From the IMG/VR virus record IMGVR_UViG_3300042564_004737: a stretch of 64,000 nucleotides of DNA; one strand, 5' to 3'. The notes beneath the pieces are model-generated. The model ran no database searches. It saw only the letters and a program-made list of their open reading frames with translations, and was not told the DNA's origin. This stretch comes from a virus (taxonomy: Duplodnaviria > Heunggongvirae > Uroviricota > Caudoviricetes). Position numbers and translations under genes: made by a program. This document shows positions 25,138 to 34,449 of this stretch, in pieces. The stretch's first letter is position 1, and every line of letters starts with the position of its first letter.

Positions 25138-25713
25138 TTAACGCAGGCCAGCGGCCATTTGTAGGGATTTTAATTCAGCGTCAGTTTCGTAGATCTGCTT
25201 GTAGTGTAGGCCAGCGGCCACACGCACTTCGTTGAGATCCTTTTCGTAGCGTTCTCTGTAGGCTTTGGGACTCAGTGGCACTGTGTTGTCAAATGCGTCT
25301 CTGCTGAACGGCTGCGAGTTGCCTTTGTAGTGCATGGTCCAGTCGTCTGGCTCGTATTCGGTCAGTGTGTCTAGATCTTTTATCAATGTTTCCACATGCT
25401 GGCCTGCTGTGCTGCGTCTGCGTAGTTCCACATACACCAGATAGCGATTGGGCTTGATTTCGCCTGGGCTTTTGTCAGCATCCAACACAAAGTCATAGCC
25501 CTTTTCGAACCAGGCCATCAGATCCTTGGCCGCAGTGGCATCGCGCACAAAGAAGCTGACCACAATGATATCATCATCGTCGCCCATTTTGGAACTGAAT
25601 TCGTCCACATGAACTGTGGGCTTCATCAAGCCCTCCATGTCTTTAAAGCTGAGGCTTTCAGACAGCTGGTTGTTGGAGAAGATTTGCTTGTGCATCTTGT
25701 GCTTGTCCGTCAT
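25138..25713 (-). CDS. Conserved phage hypothetical protein
   Basis: HVDEFSSKMGDDDDIIVVSF; start may be 25695 (MHKQIFSNNQLSE). Confidence 0.7.
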   Translation of the reverse strand: MTDKHKMHKQIFSNNQLSESLSFKDMEGLMKPTVHVDEFSSKMGDDDDIIVVSFFVRDATAAKDLMAWFEKGYDFVLDADKSPGEIKPNRYLVYVELRRRSTAGQHVETLIKDLDTLTEYEPDDWTMHYKGNSQPFSRDAFDNTVPLSPKAYRERYEKDLNEVRVAAGLHYKQIYETDAELKSLQMAAGLR

Positions 25714-26239
25714 TTTGGTATTCTTCTTGATCTAGATCCTGCTCGTAGGCGTCATCTAGATCTGCTAGGTCAATATCTTGATCTTCCATTTCAATTGAAC
25801 CTGTGCGAATATCGCTCATCAAACTCTTTGGCATGGTGATTTCAACCAACCAAATTTTTTGTGTCATCATTCTTGCTTTGTGTGTGCCAGGCCGGTAATC
25901 CGACGGTTCTTCGATGCGCATGGGAATATTCATTGTGGTTTTCTTGAACTTTACAGTGCAATCAAACGGCAACAATCTAAGGGCGCCACGCGGATCCGGC
26001 ATGCGCTTTTCCGGCCACATAAACACACAAGTCACCATGTATTTGCCAATGTCGGGACCGGAAACCAGTTCGCCAATCTGCCAGTTTTGAAATGCATACA
26101 TGTCCAGTTCGTCCAGTACCCGTTCAAAGTCCAGCAGGGTCAACAGGCTACCTTCGCTCATGTAAATGTCGCGAATATTGTCGGCCACTTGCCAATAATC
26201 TGCACCGTCTTTGAATATTTTTTCGTCGCTTAAATCCAT
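25658..26239 (-). CDS. Conserved phage hypothetical protein, acidic tail
   Basis: LLDFERVLDELD...W..GELV.GP; TAAATA (26245-26250) 5 nt upstream. Confidence 0.75.
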   Translation of the reverse strand: MDLSDEKIFKDGADYWQVADNIRDIYMSEGSLLTLLDFERVLDELDMYAFQNWQIGELVSGPDIGKYMVTCVFMWPEKRMPDPRGALRLLPFDCTVKFKKTTMNIPMRIEEPSDYRPGTHKARMMTQKIWLVEITMPKSLMSDIRTGSIEMEDQDIDLADLDDAYEQDLDQEEYQNDGQAQDAQANLLQQPAV

Positions 26240-26297
26240 ACTGTTATTTAGTCAAATTCCGCACTGTAACCAAAAACTCACCAAATTGAACAGTGAC

Positions 26298-27554
26298 TTA
26301 TTTCTTTTCAAAAACCCATAGATCTTCAAAATTTCCACCCACAGTTTTCTTGGCCTGTCTAGTACCGCTGATGGCGCTCCATTGCACTCTGTACTGCGAG
26401 CTCAGCGGCAAATGTTTGAGCACTACATCTCGCATGTCTTGGCTGATCTGCACTTCTTGTTTGGCTTTGTTTCGATAGTTGGAAATGACAAAGCCAAACT
26501 TGGCACCGGGTCGCAGCACTTCGCAGCACAGTTTAACTGTTTCTTCCCAATAGCCTGTTAGCCAATCCTGGTAGTTGGGAAAGTTAGCAAAACTTTGATC
26601 TTTGCTGTCGTAGATTTCCAAATCAAAATACGGTGGCGAAAACAACACTGCATCAACTTGATTTTTATACTTGACATCAAACTGGTGCCGGCTGGCCAAT
26701 TGTTCACTGGGACACAGGTATAAATCTACTGTTTTTTCTGGCAGTTCAAACATGCTGTTGTTTCTAATACTGTTGTATTCAGTGTGCAACAAATTGCCGT
26801 TGTGAACCACACCAGGAATAACATCAGTGGCAACAAAATTCTTCCAGTTGGTGCTGTAAAATCCCAGCTGATAAGCATTCCACCCCATCACCGGAGCAAA
26901 TACAGTATCACCACGGAATACATTTTCCATTATGCCTTTGTAGGTGGCTGGATTAAAGATGCTGGCCCTGTTGGCGCCGATCATAAAGTCCAAACAGAAT
27001 TGTCCGTAGTCATCGTCAATTTTGCAAATATGATCAAAAAAAGCCGGTGCTGCCAGACTGTTTCGTATCTTGAACTGTTCAAACATTATTTTCAGCAGTC
27101 CAAAACAAAATTCACTATCGTTGTTGTAGAGTTTTTTGGTATTGTAAAATGTTTCAAAATTGATATTTTTACAAACTCTGCCGTATTTGCTGTTTGTTCT
27201 TCCGCTGAAAGTGGTTCCGTTGAATATGTTGTTGTTGGGAATGTCAAAGTAAAATTTCAAATCGTTGGTCATTGATCCATAACGACGGAACCATTCTGCC
27301 AGTGCTTTTTCTGGCTCCAGCACCAGCATCCGGTACATTTTTTGTTTGTACAAATCCAGTCGTTGTTTACGATTGTCTTTCTTTGCCACACGATCAATGA
27401 ATGTGTCAATATCGCTTCTCACTGCAAAATTGCCAGTTTTGTCACTGATGTCCAACACCGACAGTTGTTTGCAAAAATCCTCGTAAGAAATCTGTTTGTT
27501 GAATGTAAACAGCGCTAGAAAATCATCCAGTGTAAAAATTAATTGTTGTGTCAT
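26298..27554 (-). CDS. Amino-type (m4C/m6A) DNA methyltransferase
   Basis: Motif IV SPPYF, motif I-like VFAPVMGW, LRPGAKF. Confidence 0.75.
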   Translation of the reverse strand: MTQQLIFTLDDFLALFTFNKQISYEDFCKQLSVLDISDKTGNFAVRSDIDTFIDRVAKKDNRKQRLDLYKQKMYRMLVLEPEKALAEWFRRYGSMTNDLKFYFDIPNNNIFNGTTFSGRTNSKYGRVCKNINFETFYNTKKLYNNDSEFCFGLLKIMFEQFKIRNSLAAPAFFDHICKIDDDYGQFCLDFMIGANRASIFNPATYKGIMENVFRGDTVFAPVMGWNAYQLGFYSTNWKNFVATDVIPGVVHNGNLLHTEYNSIRNNSMFELPEKTVDLYLCPSEQLASRHQFDVKYKNQVDAVLFSPPYFDLEIYDSKDQSFANFPNYQDWLTGYWEETVKLCCEVLRPGAKFGFVISNYRNKAKQEVQISQDMRDVVLKHLPLSSQYRVQWSAISGTRQAKKTVGGNFEDLWVFEKK

Positions 27555-27601
27555 AATGTATGTTGTTGAAATTGTATTTACGTCAATTCCAACCTATTGT
27601 A

Positions 27602-28366
27602 TCAAAATTGAATGGCAGTGTCTTGATACACAACAAATTTTGTGGGCCAGTTGCTGTGCAAATGAAACTGAGGACAATGATTATATCCGCCCGGTGGGCC
27701 ACCAGAATTTTTCATTTGCATAAAAAAGATAGGCCGACCCAGCTTTCCTTCTTTTTTGCTGGGCATTGCACACCTCAATACTGTGCCCCGCGGCATTGTG
27801 ACCCAGGTGCAAGTTTCCACAATCCAGTCCACCAGTTGATTTACATCCACTGCTTGAAAGCCGCCCTTTCGCTTGTTGGCCCAGATAAGCCACGGTGCTT
27901 TTTCTTCTTCCTTTACGCTTTGCAACAGCAGTACAGCAATCTTTCGACTGTTGGCATTGAACCATGCAGGTACTTCATGCCAATTTGCAATGTTGACACT
28001 GTTTAATCGTTTGTATTTGATTTCGTCGGTTGACAGTTTCAATCCAGTAGACCATTCTGCCCATTGCACTGCATCATTTGTACCCAAAAAACGATCCAGC
28101 TTGTGGTAGATGTTGAGTGGCATATCCAATTGTTGAGATAAACTGTGCAAGGTGGGCAGATGTACTTGGGTGTTGCTGCCCGAAGCATATTTTACGCTGA
28201 TGTGAGTGCGTTGGTCACCATTGATGCCGATCATGTCACCTTTGGTTCCAGTGCCGCCGTCGGCGTCTACTCGTTCAAAACTGAATATCCTAGCAATGGT
28301 TTCTTGAAGAACCTGGTTCTTTTCTAAGTTGCGGCCAGCCCAATATTCGTTACTGCCCATTGTCAA
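27602..28366 (-). CDS. Putative PD-(D/E)xK restriction endonuclease
   Basis: GTKGD...ISVK...QVH catalytic-like pattern; immediately upstream of the MTase. Confidence 0.55.
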   Translation of the reverse strand: MTMGSNEYWAGRNLEKNQVLQETIARIFSFERVDADGGTGTKGDMIGINGDQRTHISVKYASGSNTQVHLPTLHSLSQQLDMPLNIYHKLDRFLGTNDAVQWAEWSTGLKLSTDEIKYKRLNSVNIANWHEVPAWFNANSRKIAVLLLQSVKEEEKAPWLIWANKRKGGFQAVDVNQLVDWIVETCTWVTMPRGTVLRCAMPSKKEGKLGRPIFFMQMKNSGGPPGGYNHCPQFHLHSNWPTKFVVYQDTAIQF

Positions 28367-28390
28367 TCCCGGTTGTTATCATATGCGTTA

Positions 28391-28419
28391 ATTATAGCAA
28401 AACACACAGCAATTGTCAA
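28391..28419 (-). promoter_or_regulatory. Sigma70-like promoter
   Basis: TTGACA-17-TATAAT. Confidence 0.8.
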
Positions 28420-28559
28420 CAGTGAACGACCAGCCAAGTCTAATACTTATGCTGTGGATTTCAAATATCAATACCACTAGAATTCCTGTAGTTAATGCCT
28501 AAATACTTGTGACAGCATGTTGCTGTTATTCTAAAAATCCTCAACTTTGGAGAAACACT

Positions 28560-29291
28560 TTGAGCAGACAACGATCAGCAAAAGCACAAAAACGCATGGC
28601 ACAAGTAGAAAACACCATTGATTTCTCTCAGGAACGACACTATCATCGTCCCAAAGCGATCACGCTGGTTCCGCGAACACGAAATCAAGAACGGTTGGTG
28701 TTGGCATTGCTTGATGCAAATCAACACATAATAGTGACTGCTGGGCCTGCGGGCACCGGCAAAACCTATTTGGCCATGCAAGCCGCAGTCAAAGCCCTTA
28801 AGGAAGGCTCTTGCGAACGCATAGTACTAACACGCCCGGCGGTGGGTGTAGAAGATGAATCACACGGATTCTTGCCAGGAGACCTAAACCAAAAGATGGA
28901 ACCTTGGACAAGACCCTTAATAGATGTGCTGCGAGAAACTTACCGCGCACAGGACATAGCTGCTATGATAGAAAATCAGTTGATAGAAATATCACCGCTA
29001 GCGTTCATGCGTGGGCGAACATTCAAGCACAGTTGGATCATTGCTGACGAAATGCAGAATGCCACACCAAATCAAATGAAAATGCTGATGACTCGTATCG
29101 GAGTGGGCAGCAAGATTGTGGTCACAGGTGATGTGGAACAAACTGATCGCCCGGGCAGCAACAACGGACTAATGGATCTGTGTCTACGGCTAGACCGTCT
29201 GGCAGTTGAGGGCATTGCAGTATGCCCACTGGAAGCAAGGGATGTTCAGCGTCATGCCATTATTGGCAATGTGCTACGACTTTATTCTTGA
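28560..29291 (+). CDS. phoH: PhoH-family ATPase
   Basis: GPAGTGKT, GFLPG, PLAFMRGRTF, DEMQN, GD..Q.D; TTG start after GGAGA; TAAATA at 28500-28505. Confidence 0.92.
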   Translation: MSRQRSAKAQKRMAQVENTIDFSQERHYHRPKAITLVPRTRNQERLVLALLDANQHIIVTAGPAGTGKTYLAMQAAVKALKEGSCERIVLTRPAVGVEDESHGFLPGDLNQKMEPWTRPLIDVLRETYRAQDIAAMIENQLIEISPLAFMRGRTFKHSWIIADEMQNATPNQMKMLMTRIGVGSKIVVTGDVEQTDRPGSNNGLMDLCLRLDRLAVEGIAVCPLEARDVQRHAIIGNVLRLYS

Positions 29292-29914
29292 CTTGTAATC
29301 AACTGGTAAATTTCTTTCCAGTTTTTGACTATCCTAACGCCTCCGTGGTAGAAATGCATGTTGTGTCCATGTTCTACCAGGAGGCTGCGTAGTCCTGCTC
29401 TGTGTCCTACAACAGCATTTTCAGGTTTGTCTTCGATCCAGTAACAGCCGGTGTCTTGGTATTCCATCAGGGCATCAACTTTGTCTGCACCGGTATCCAA
29501 GCACACAATTCGTTCAAACGCCTGTTTGCCAAACAACTTGTGCAGATTCATTTCGCGTAGTTTGCCGGCATTGGGATCAAGACTCAAACTGGTGATACAG
29601 TGAAACACATATCCGTGTTCTTCGTGTAGTCTTTTGACATAGTACATGGCATCACGCAGAGCTGGCAAGAACCCAATGGCAGCACTTTCGTTAAAGATAC
29701 GAATCAATTTGGTAACTTGCTCTTTTGGAATGCCATAGCGCACTGACATATCATAGTTGAGTTTGCTGCCAGGAACTTCTTCAAAGCCGTGTTCTTGCAT
29801 CCAAACATTAAAAGCCCACTCCCAATCCAACAACACGCCGTCAACATCTGTTAAGATTACCTTGTTGCAAGGTGCTTTTATTAGGACTACATTGTTGAGA
29901 TTTTTGTATTTCAT
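29282..29914 (-). CDS. HAD-superfamily nucleotidase (T4 30.2-like)
   Basis: LTDVDGVLLDW, WIEDK..NA. Confidence 0.8.
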   Translation of the reverse strand: MKYKNLNNVVLIKAPCNKVILTDVDGVLLDWEWAFNVWMQEHGFEEVPGSKLNYDMSVRYGIPKEQVTKLIRIFNESAAIGFLPALRDAMYYVKRLHEEHGYVFHCITSLSLDPNAGKLREMNLHKLFGKQAFERIVCLDTGADKVDALMEYQDTGCYWIEDKPENAVVGHRAGLRSLLVEHGHNMHFYHGGVRIVKNWKEIYQLITSQE

Positions 29915-29920
29915 GACATA

Positions 29921-29949
29921 ATTATACTACAAAATTCACATGTCGTCAA
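29921..29949 (-). promoter_or_regulatory. Sigma70-like promoter, leaderless gene
   Basis: TTGACG-17-TATAAT-6 nt-ATG. Confidence 0.7.
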
Positions 29950-30241
29950 GTGGCTTTTGGGCAGCCGTAGCATCCACTTTGATATCAATTGGATGTCCGT
30001 TTTCTTCAAACAATCGTTCAATGATATTGGCGTAGTGTTGATAGTAATAGCTGACAACTGTGTCCCATACCTTAGGAACTTGTACGCCATTCATGCTGCA
30101 CTTTTCTACTTTTTGCAGTTTGAAATCTAAAATGACGCTGGCCAATTGCCAGTCTGATGTTTTTAAATTTTTAGCAACAGCCATAACTTCGTCGATTTGA
30201 CCATTGGCTTTTTTATAGTAAGTCAGTGTTAGATATCTCAT
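29936..30241 (-). CDS. Hypothetical protein
   Basis: 101 aa, coupled to clamp loader gene. Confidence 0.7.
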   Translation of the reverse strand: MRYLTLTYYKKANGQIDEVMAVAKNLKTSDWQLASVILDFKLQKVEKCSMNGVQVPKVWDTVVSYYYQHYANIIERLFEENGHPIDIKVDATAAQKPLDDM

Positions 30242-31164
30242 AGTCTTGCCAGTTCACAAATTGTTGCACTTAGATTGATTTCTTGATCTGCCACCAGCGG
30301 AATATTTGCTATGCCATTGCGAATAATAATAATTGCTTGGTCTTGCTTTTCCACGTCTTTACTCCACAGATCAAGATTGTCATACATCCAACGGAAAGTA
30401 ACATCTGCTTCTTCTGGAGTGCTTTGCTGACACAACAAGGTTCTAGCTTCGCGGATTTTGCCACGCTTGAACATGTCCACACAATCCAGCTTCCAATCAC
30501 CCACTGCACGATCGTTGGCATTGGGTGCCAACAATACGCCAGACTGACTGTTTTGCTGTGTCAAGTTCAAGCACTTGCGCAGGTCTGGATAGGTTGCCTT
30601 CACATAGCTGTCTAAGGTATCAATGTCAAATTCAATGCCTTCTGTTACCAACACAGTGGCTGCTCTTGCTGTGAATTCTGTATGATCTGTTTTGGGAATA
30701 GCAATATGCTGACAACGACTGTGTATCGGTGGGAGAATTTTGTTGGGATAGTTACAGGTCAAAATAAATCTCACACTGTGACTGTAGTCTTCCATCAAGT
30801 TGCGCAGAGCTGGTTGTACCGAGTTGGGATTCATGTAGTCGGCTTCATCAATTAGTACTACTTTAAATGCACCAAACGGCATTGTCTGACAGAAACTGAT
30901 CAGCTTGTCTACCCATTCGACCTTCCTGGCTTCTTTACTACCGTTAGCATACATGACATCGTAGTCATCGATTCCCAACTCGTTGATCAACAGTTTGGCC
31001 AAAGTAGTTTTACCAGTGCCGGGACCGCCCGAAAACATTAAATGCGGAATGGTGCCGTCTCGGATCCAAGCTGCCACTTGTTGCCGGTGATTATCGTCCA
31101 CAAACACATATCCGTCTACTGTGTCTGGACGATATTTTTCTACCCAAAGTTTGGCTATTGCCAT
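30238..31164 (-). CDS. Sliding-clamp loader AAA+ subunit (gp44/RFC-like)
   Basis: WVEKYRP, GPGTGKTT, DEAD, SRC. Confidence 0.9.
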   Translation of the reverse strand: MAIAKLWVEKYRPDTVDGYVFVDDNHRQQVAAWIRDGTIPHLMFSGGPGTGKTTLAKLLINELGIDDYDVMYANGSKEARKVEWVDKLISFCQTMPFGAFKVVLIDEADYMNPNSVQPALRNLMEDYSHSVRFILTCNYPNKILPPIHSRCQHIAIPKTDHTEFTARAATVLVTEGIEFDIDTLDSYVKATYPDLRKCLNLTQQNSQSGVLLAPNANDRAVGDWKLDCVDMFKRGKIREARTLLCQQSTPEEADVTFRWMYDNLDLWSKDVEKQDQAIIIIRNGIANIPLVADQEINLSATICELARL

Positions 31165-31240
31165 ACGATTTCTTTCTTGTTTAATGCTAATAACATATTA
31201 TACACTGGCCAACCTCCAGTTGTCAACGCCATTGGTTGTG

Positions 31241-31510
31241 TTATTTCTTGGCTCGAGCCGTGCGTGTATCAGGCTCTATTGTGGGTTCTATTTTGGGTGC
31301 TGCGGTGGGTTCTGCGGCGTCAGCAAATCTGGAATTTAGACCTTTTTCCAGTGCTTGCGAATTGGGAAACATGTGTTTGGACACATCTATAGGTTTCCAA
31401 AATTTAACAAATAAGTTGTTGATGACCAACACCATAATAATCAACACAATTGTGCCAAGTCCGACCAAGATGCTTGATGCCAAAAACAGTGCAGACTGTT
31501 CAATATTCAT
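31241..31510 (-). CDS. Small membrane protein
   Basis: N-terminal TM helix, Pro-rich tail. Confidence 0.65.
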   Translation of the reverse strand: MNIEQSALFLASSILVGLGTIVLIIMVLVINNLFVKFWKPIDVSKHMFPNSQALEKGLNSRFADAAEPTAAPKIEPTIEPDTRTARAKK

Positions 31511-31536
31511 TTGAGTTTTCCGTTGAGTTAATTAAA

Positions 31537-32019
31537 TTATTTTGCCAGCAATACTTTTTCATTTTCGGCAGCCACCACACGCCTGCGCAGGCTTGAACTG
31601 GAGAATGAATGATCTCGTCCGTTGAATACCAGTTCAATTCCTCGCATGGCACCTTGATCTCGACCAGTAAAATCCTTTTCTTCGTATTCGACACCGAGAA
31701 TACGCACATCTACAGGAAGAATCAACAGCAGGTCCACAAGATCTCGTTCAGTTTGATACACTACAACTTCATCCACATAGCGGCATGCACTCAATTGTAT
31801 CTGTCGTTCCACAATGCTTTGTATGGGTGCATTTTTGGTGCCAGGTCGATCAATTGTGGGATCAGTTTGCAAGCCACATATCAAATAGTCACAGTGATTC
31901 TTGGCTTCTGACAGCATGGCAATGTGGCCTGCATGCAACATGTCAAAGGTGGAAAAGGTGATGCCAATCTTTTTGCCATCGGCCTTGAGCTGTTTGATGT
32001 GATTAAAAATCATGTTCAC
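31537..32019 (-). CDS. TagD-like cytidylyltransferase
   Basis: FDMLHAGH, ER..QL.AC.YVDEV, SSSSLR. Confidence 0.8.
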   Translation of the reverse strand: MNMIFNHIKQLKADGKKIGITFSTFDMLHAGHIAMLSEAKNHCDYLICGLQTDPTIDRPGTKNAPIQSIVERQIQLSACRYVDEVVVYQTERDLVDLLLILPVDVRILGVEYEEKDFTGRDQGAMRGIELVFNGRDHSFSSSSLRRRVVAAENEKVLLAK

Positions 32020-32417
32020 CCAAATCTGTGTTTGGATTCCACATGTTCCGCAGTGCTCATGGTATCGTCATCGGGCTTTTCATCCGACACCAGTAAAATG
32101 TCGTCAGTGTCAACTCGGCGAATACTGGTTTTAACGCCGTTGTCTTCGATGTCAATACCGCGAGTCCAACGACCGTGTGCCACACAAATCCAGTCTCCGG
32201 GCTTGACATCCTGTTGTTGCGGACCTACTGCCCAGACCTTGCCCCACCGTGGACGAATACCTAATCCAGTGCCATTGTCATTTAACAGTACTAGACCAGA
32301 TGATAGTTTGCGTTCTGAGAAATCCATGTCAGCTACAATAACAAAATCTCTAAGAGGTTTTACATTGGCTGCTGTGAGTTCATAGTGCCCGTAGGCTGTT
32401 TTTTTAAGTTGATTCAT
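32016..32417 (-). CDS. groES: GroES-like co-chaperonin
   Basis: KPLRD.VIV, SSGLVL, G.V.AVGP, VKPGD. Confidence 0.8.
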   Translation of the reverse strand: MNQLKKTAYGHYELTAANVKPLRDFVIVADMDFSERKLSSGLVLLNDNGTGLGIRPRWGKVWAVGPQQQDVKPGDWICVAHGRWTRGIDIEDNGVKTSIRRVDTDDILLVSDEKPDDDTMSTAEHVESKHRFG

Positions 32418-32419
32418 AT

Positions 32420-33028
32420 TTAAATTTTATTAACACCAGGCTTGTTTTGAGCAAGCTGGCGTGGGGTTTTCATTAATTCTTGTTTGACTGACTGTGTTCG
32501 TGCTATGGCCGCTGCCAGTCCTCCGCGGGGAACCGCAACTTTTTCCGGCACCACTACAGGGTCCTCTGTCAGTTCAGGAATAGCAGCTTCAAACTCAGTC
32601 AATTCGTCCATTGATTCAATATCTGGCGCATCCTCACCTGCTTGCATCTTGTCATAGTTGGAAACCAATCGTTCATCGTTGTACGCATCTAACACAGATT
32701 CGTTGACAACTTTCACAGCACGAGGTTTGACAGGTGCGGGTGTGTCTTTTGCAACTTTTTCTTTGGCAGCTTTTTTTTGACTTTGTTGTTTTTTAGCAGC
32801 GATGGTGCTGGTGGTTGGCAAATGATTGGCCGGAGCAGCCACTTGTCGTTGATAATGTTTGGCAACCTGTCTGTTTTTGGTTTCCACTACACGATTGCCA
32901 CTGTCCAGCACATCGCCACGGGCGTTGACATTCATGTTGCCTACTGCTCGAGTGTTTTCGTTTTCCAACATCAATGCGCCCATGTCAACCACTCGACCCA
33001 TTGCTGATTTATATACTTTTGTTGCCAT
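32420..33028 (-). CDS. Hypothetical late protein
   Basis: AVGNMNVNARGD; TAAATA at 33053-33058 and SD AAGGGG. Confidence 0.7.
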   Translation of the reverse strand: MATKVYKSAMGRVVDMGALMLENENTRAVGNMNVNARGDVLDSGNRVVETKNRQVAKHYQRQVAAPANHLPTTSTIAAKKQQSQKKAAKEKVAKDTPAPVKPRAVKVVNESVLDAYNDERLVSNYDKMQAGEDAPDIESMDELTEFEAAIPELTEDPVVVPEKVAVPRGGLAAAIARTQSVKQELMKTPRQLAQNKPGVNKI

Positions 33029-33055
33029 GTTTATCCCCTTGAAATATACAGCTAT

Positions 33056-33586
33056 TTAACGCAGAAATTCTTCTACATCTAATTTATAATACATGCTGTT
33101 GATCCGGTGTACTTTTAATTTGTAAAGAACATAACTTGCCACACTTGATCCGCGCCCCACACCCCAAATGATCTTGTGTTCAGTCATGACATCTACCATG
33201 TACACCATATACCGCAACAGATCAAAAAGATTGCGTTCTTGATACAACAGCAGTTCGTGCCCACAGCGTTGTAATTCTTCTTCTGTTGTGCATAGCGATA
33301 ACACATGTGCGGCAATATCCATTGTTTGATACTGTTCGGGCATGTGCCATACACTCTGTTGTTGCCGATGCCATTGTTCAACTGAGCAATTGTGATTGTG
33401 TTGTTGATAAAACTCCGGCGCAGGATCCAATAAATTGTTCATGACATCCAATGCCACGCTGGAATCCACTATCATGCCTGACAGGTCAGCAGGTTGATGA
33501 CCCTTCATTAAAAGATCACAAATATCTGCCTGATTGAATATCAACTGTCCAAATTCAGTTTGTGTTATCTTTACCAAAATTACCAA
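33056..33586 (-). CDS. DNA polymerase III alpha (DnaE)-like fragment
   Basis: WGVGRGSSVASYVLY.L.VH.I...Y.L..EEFL, a family-C palm segment; about 176 aa; start uncertain. Confidence 0.7.
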   Translation of the reverse strand: MVILVKITQTEFGQLIFNQADICDLLMKGHQPADLSGMIVDSSVALDVMNNLLDPAPEFYQQHNHNCSVEQWHRQQQSVWHMPEQYQTMDIAAHVLSLCTTEEELQRCGHELLLYQERNLFDLLRYMVYMVDVMTEHKIIWGVGRGSSVASYVLYKLKVHRINSMYYKLDVEEFLR

Positions 33587-34166
33587 ACACTATGGTGTTG
33601 CCGGTGTTCTGAGAATTGTCAATTTCGTCTTCGGGCCAATGCAGATCTAATTCTCTCCAAGATGCAATGGTGCTGAGGCTTACAATGTTTTCAGTTTCTG
33701 TTATTTTACTATGGTAATGAATCAAATTAGCATCGTTCCACCAACCAGCTTGATCGTATGGTCCAATGGGTTCGTCCTCGCCATGCATGTAAGTAACTTC
33801 GCCGCCCAGCTCACTGCGTACTTCTACTTCACCAATGATCATTCTATCTTCGCAGATTGCATTTAGTTTACAGTATAACATAATGCCAACCAGCTGGTCA
33901 ACTGGTTCATCGGGCAGTGTGATGATCTTAACACCGGCCGTGGCCAGCAGTTTACATTGTTCTTGATTGTCTTTGTTGATAAACACACCAGAATCCAACG
34001 ACTGTCCAATAAAGTATTTGATACGATCAAATGCGATATTATGACTTTCGCTATCTGTGGTAGCAGTCATCATCCATAAACGGATCTTGTAGTTATTCAT
34101 CCTCAACATGTCATTGAAGAAAAAGCCAGCGGTAAAGTCAACTTCGTATTGTAATCTTACATTCAT
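33555..34166 (-). CDS. Hypothetical protein
   Basis: 203 aa, coupled to neighbours. Confidence 0.7.
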   Translation of the reverse strand: MNVRLQYEVDFTAGFFFNDMLRMNNYKIRLWMMTATTDSESHNIAFDRIKYFIGQSLDSGVFINKDNQEQCKLLATAGVKIITLPDEPVDQLVGIMLYCKLNAICEDRMIIGEVEVRSELGGEVTYMHGEDEPIGPYDQAGWWNDANLIHYHSKITETENIVSLSTIASWRELDLHWPEDEIDNSQNTGNTIVFGNFGKDNTN

Positions 34167-34405
34167 GATATGTCTATTATTTGGTCAAAGTTTGTATCTT
34201 TGCCGTCTTGAGATTTGTTAAAGAGTGCAGCAGCTTTTTCTGCATACTTGTTTTGATGTGTTTCAATGGCCATTTGAATCTGACGGCAAAGATCGTTATT
34301 GCCCAATCGTCGAGCAATGCCCATTTTCTTATTGAGTTCTGATATTTTTGAGCCTAGCTCGTCAATGGTCAACGAGTCTACACTGCCTACCAACGGATGT
34401 TCCAT
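34163..34405 (-). CDS. Small coiled-coil hypothetical protein
   Basis: TTGACT-17-TATAAT (34412-34440) 6 nt upstream of ATG. Confidence 0.7.
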   Translation of the reverse strand: MEHPLVGSVDSLTIDELGSKISELNKKMGIARRLGNNDLCRQIQMAIETHQNKYAEKAAALFNKSQDGKDTNFDQIIDIS

Positions 34406-34449
34406 GCATTAATTATACAGCAGGTTAACCGTAAAGTCAACCTGTTTGG

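Noticed and set aside
33555-34166. Possible QueD/T-fold enzyme
   Set aside because: The secondary-structure pattern is suggestive, but the His metal ligands are absent.
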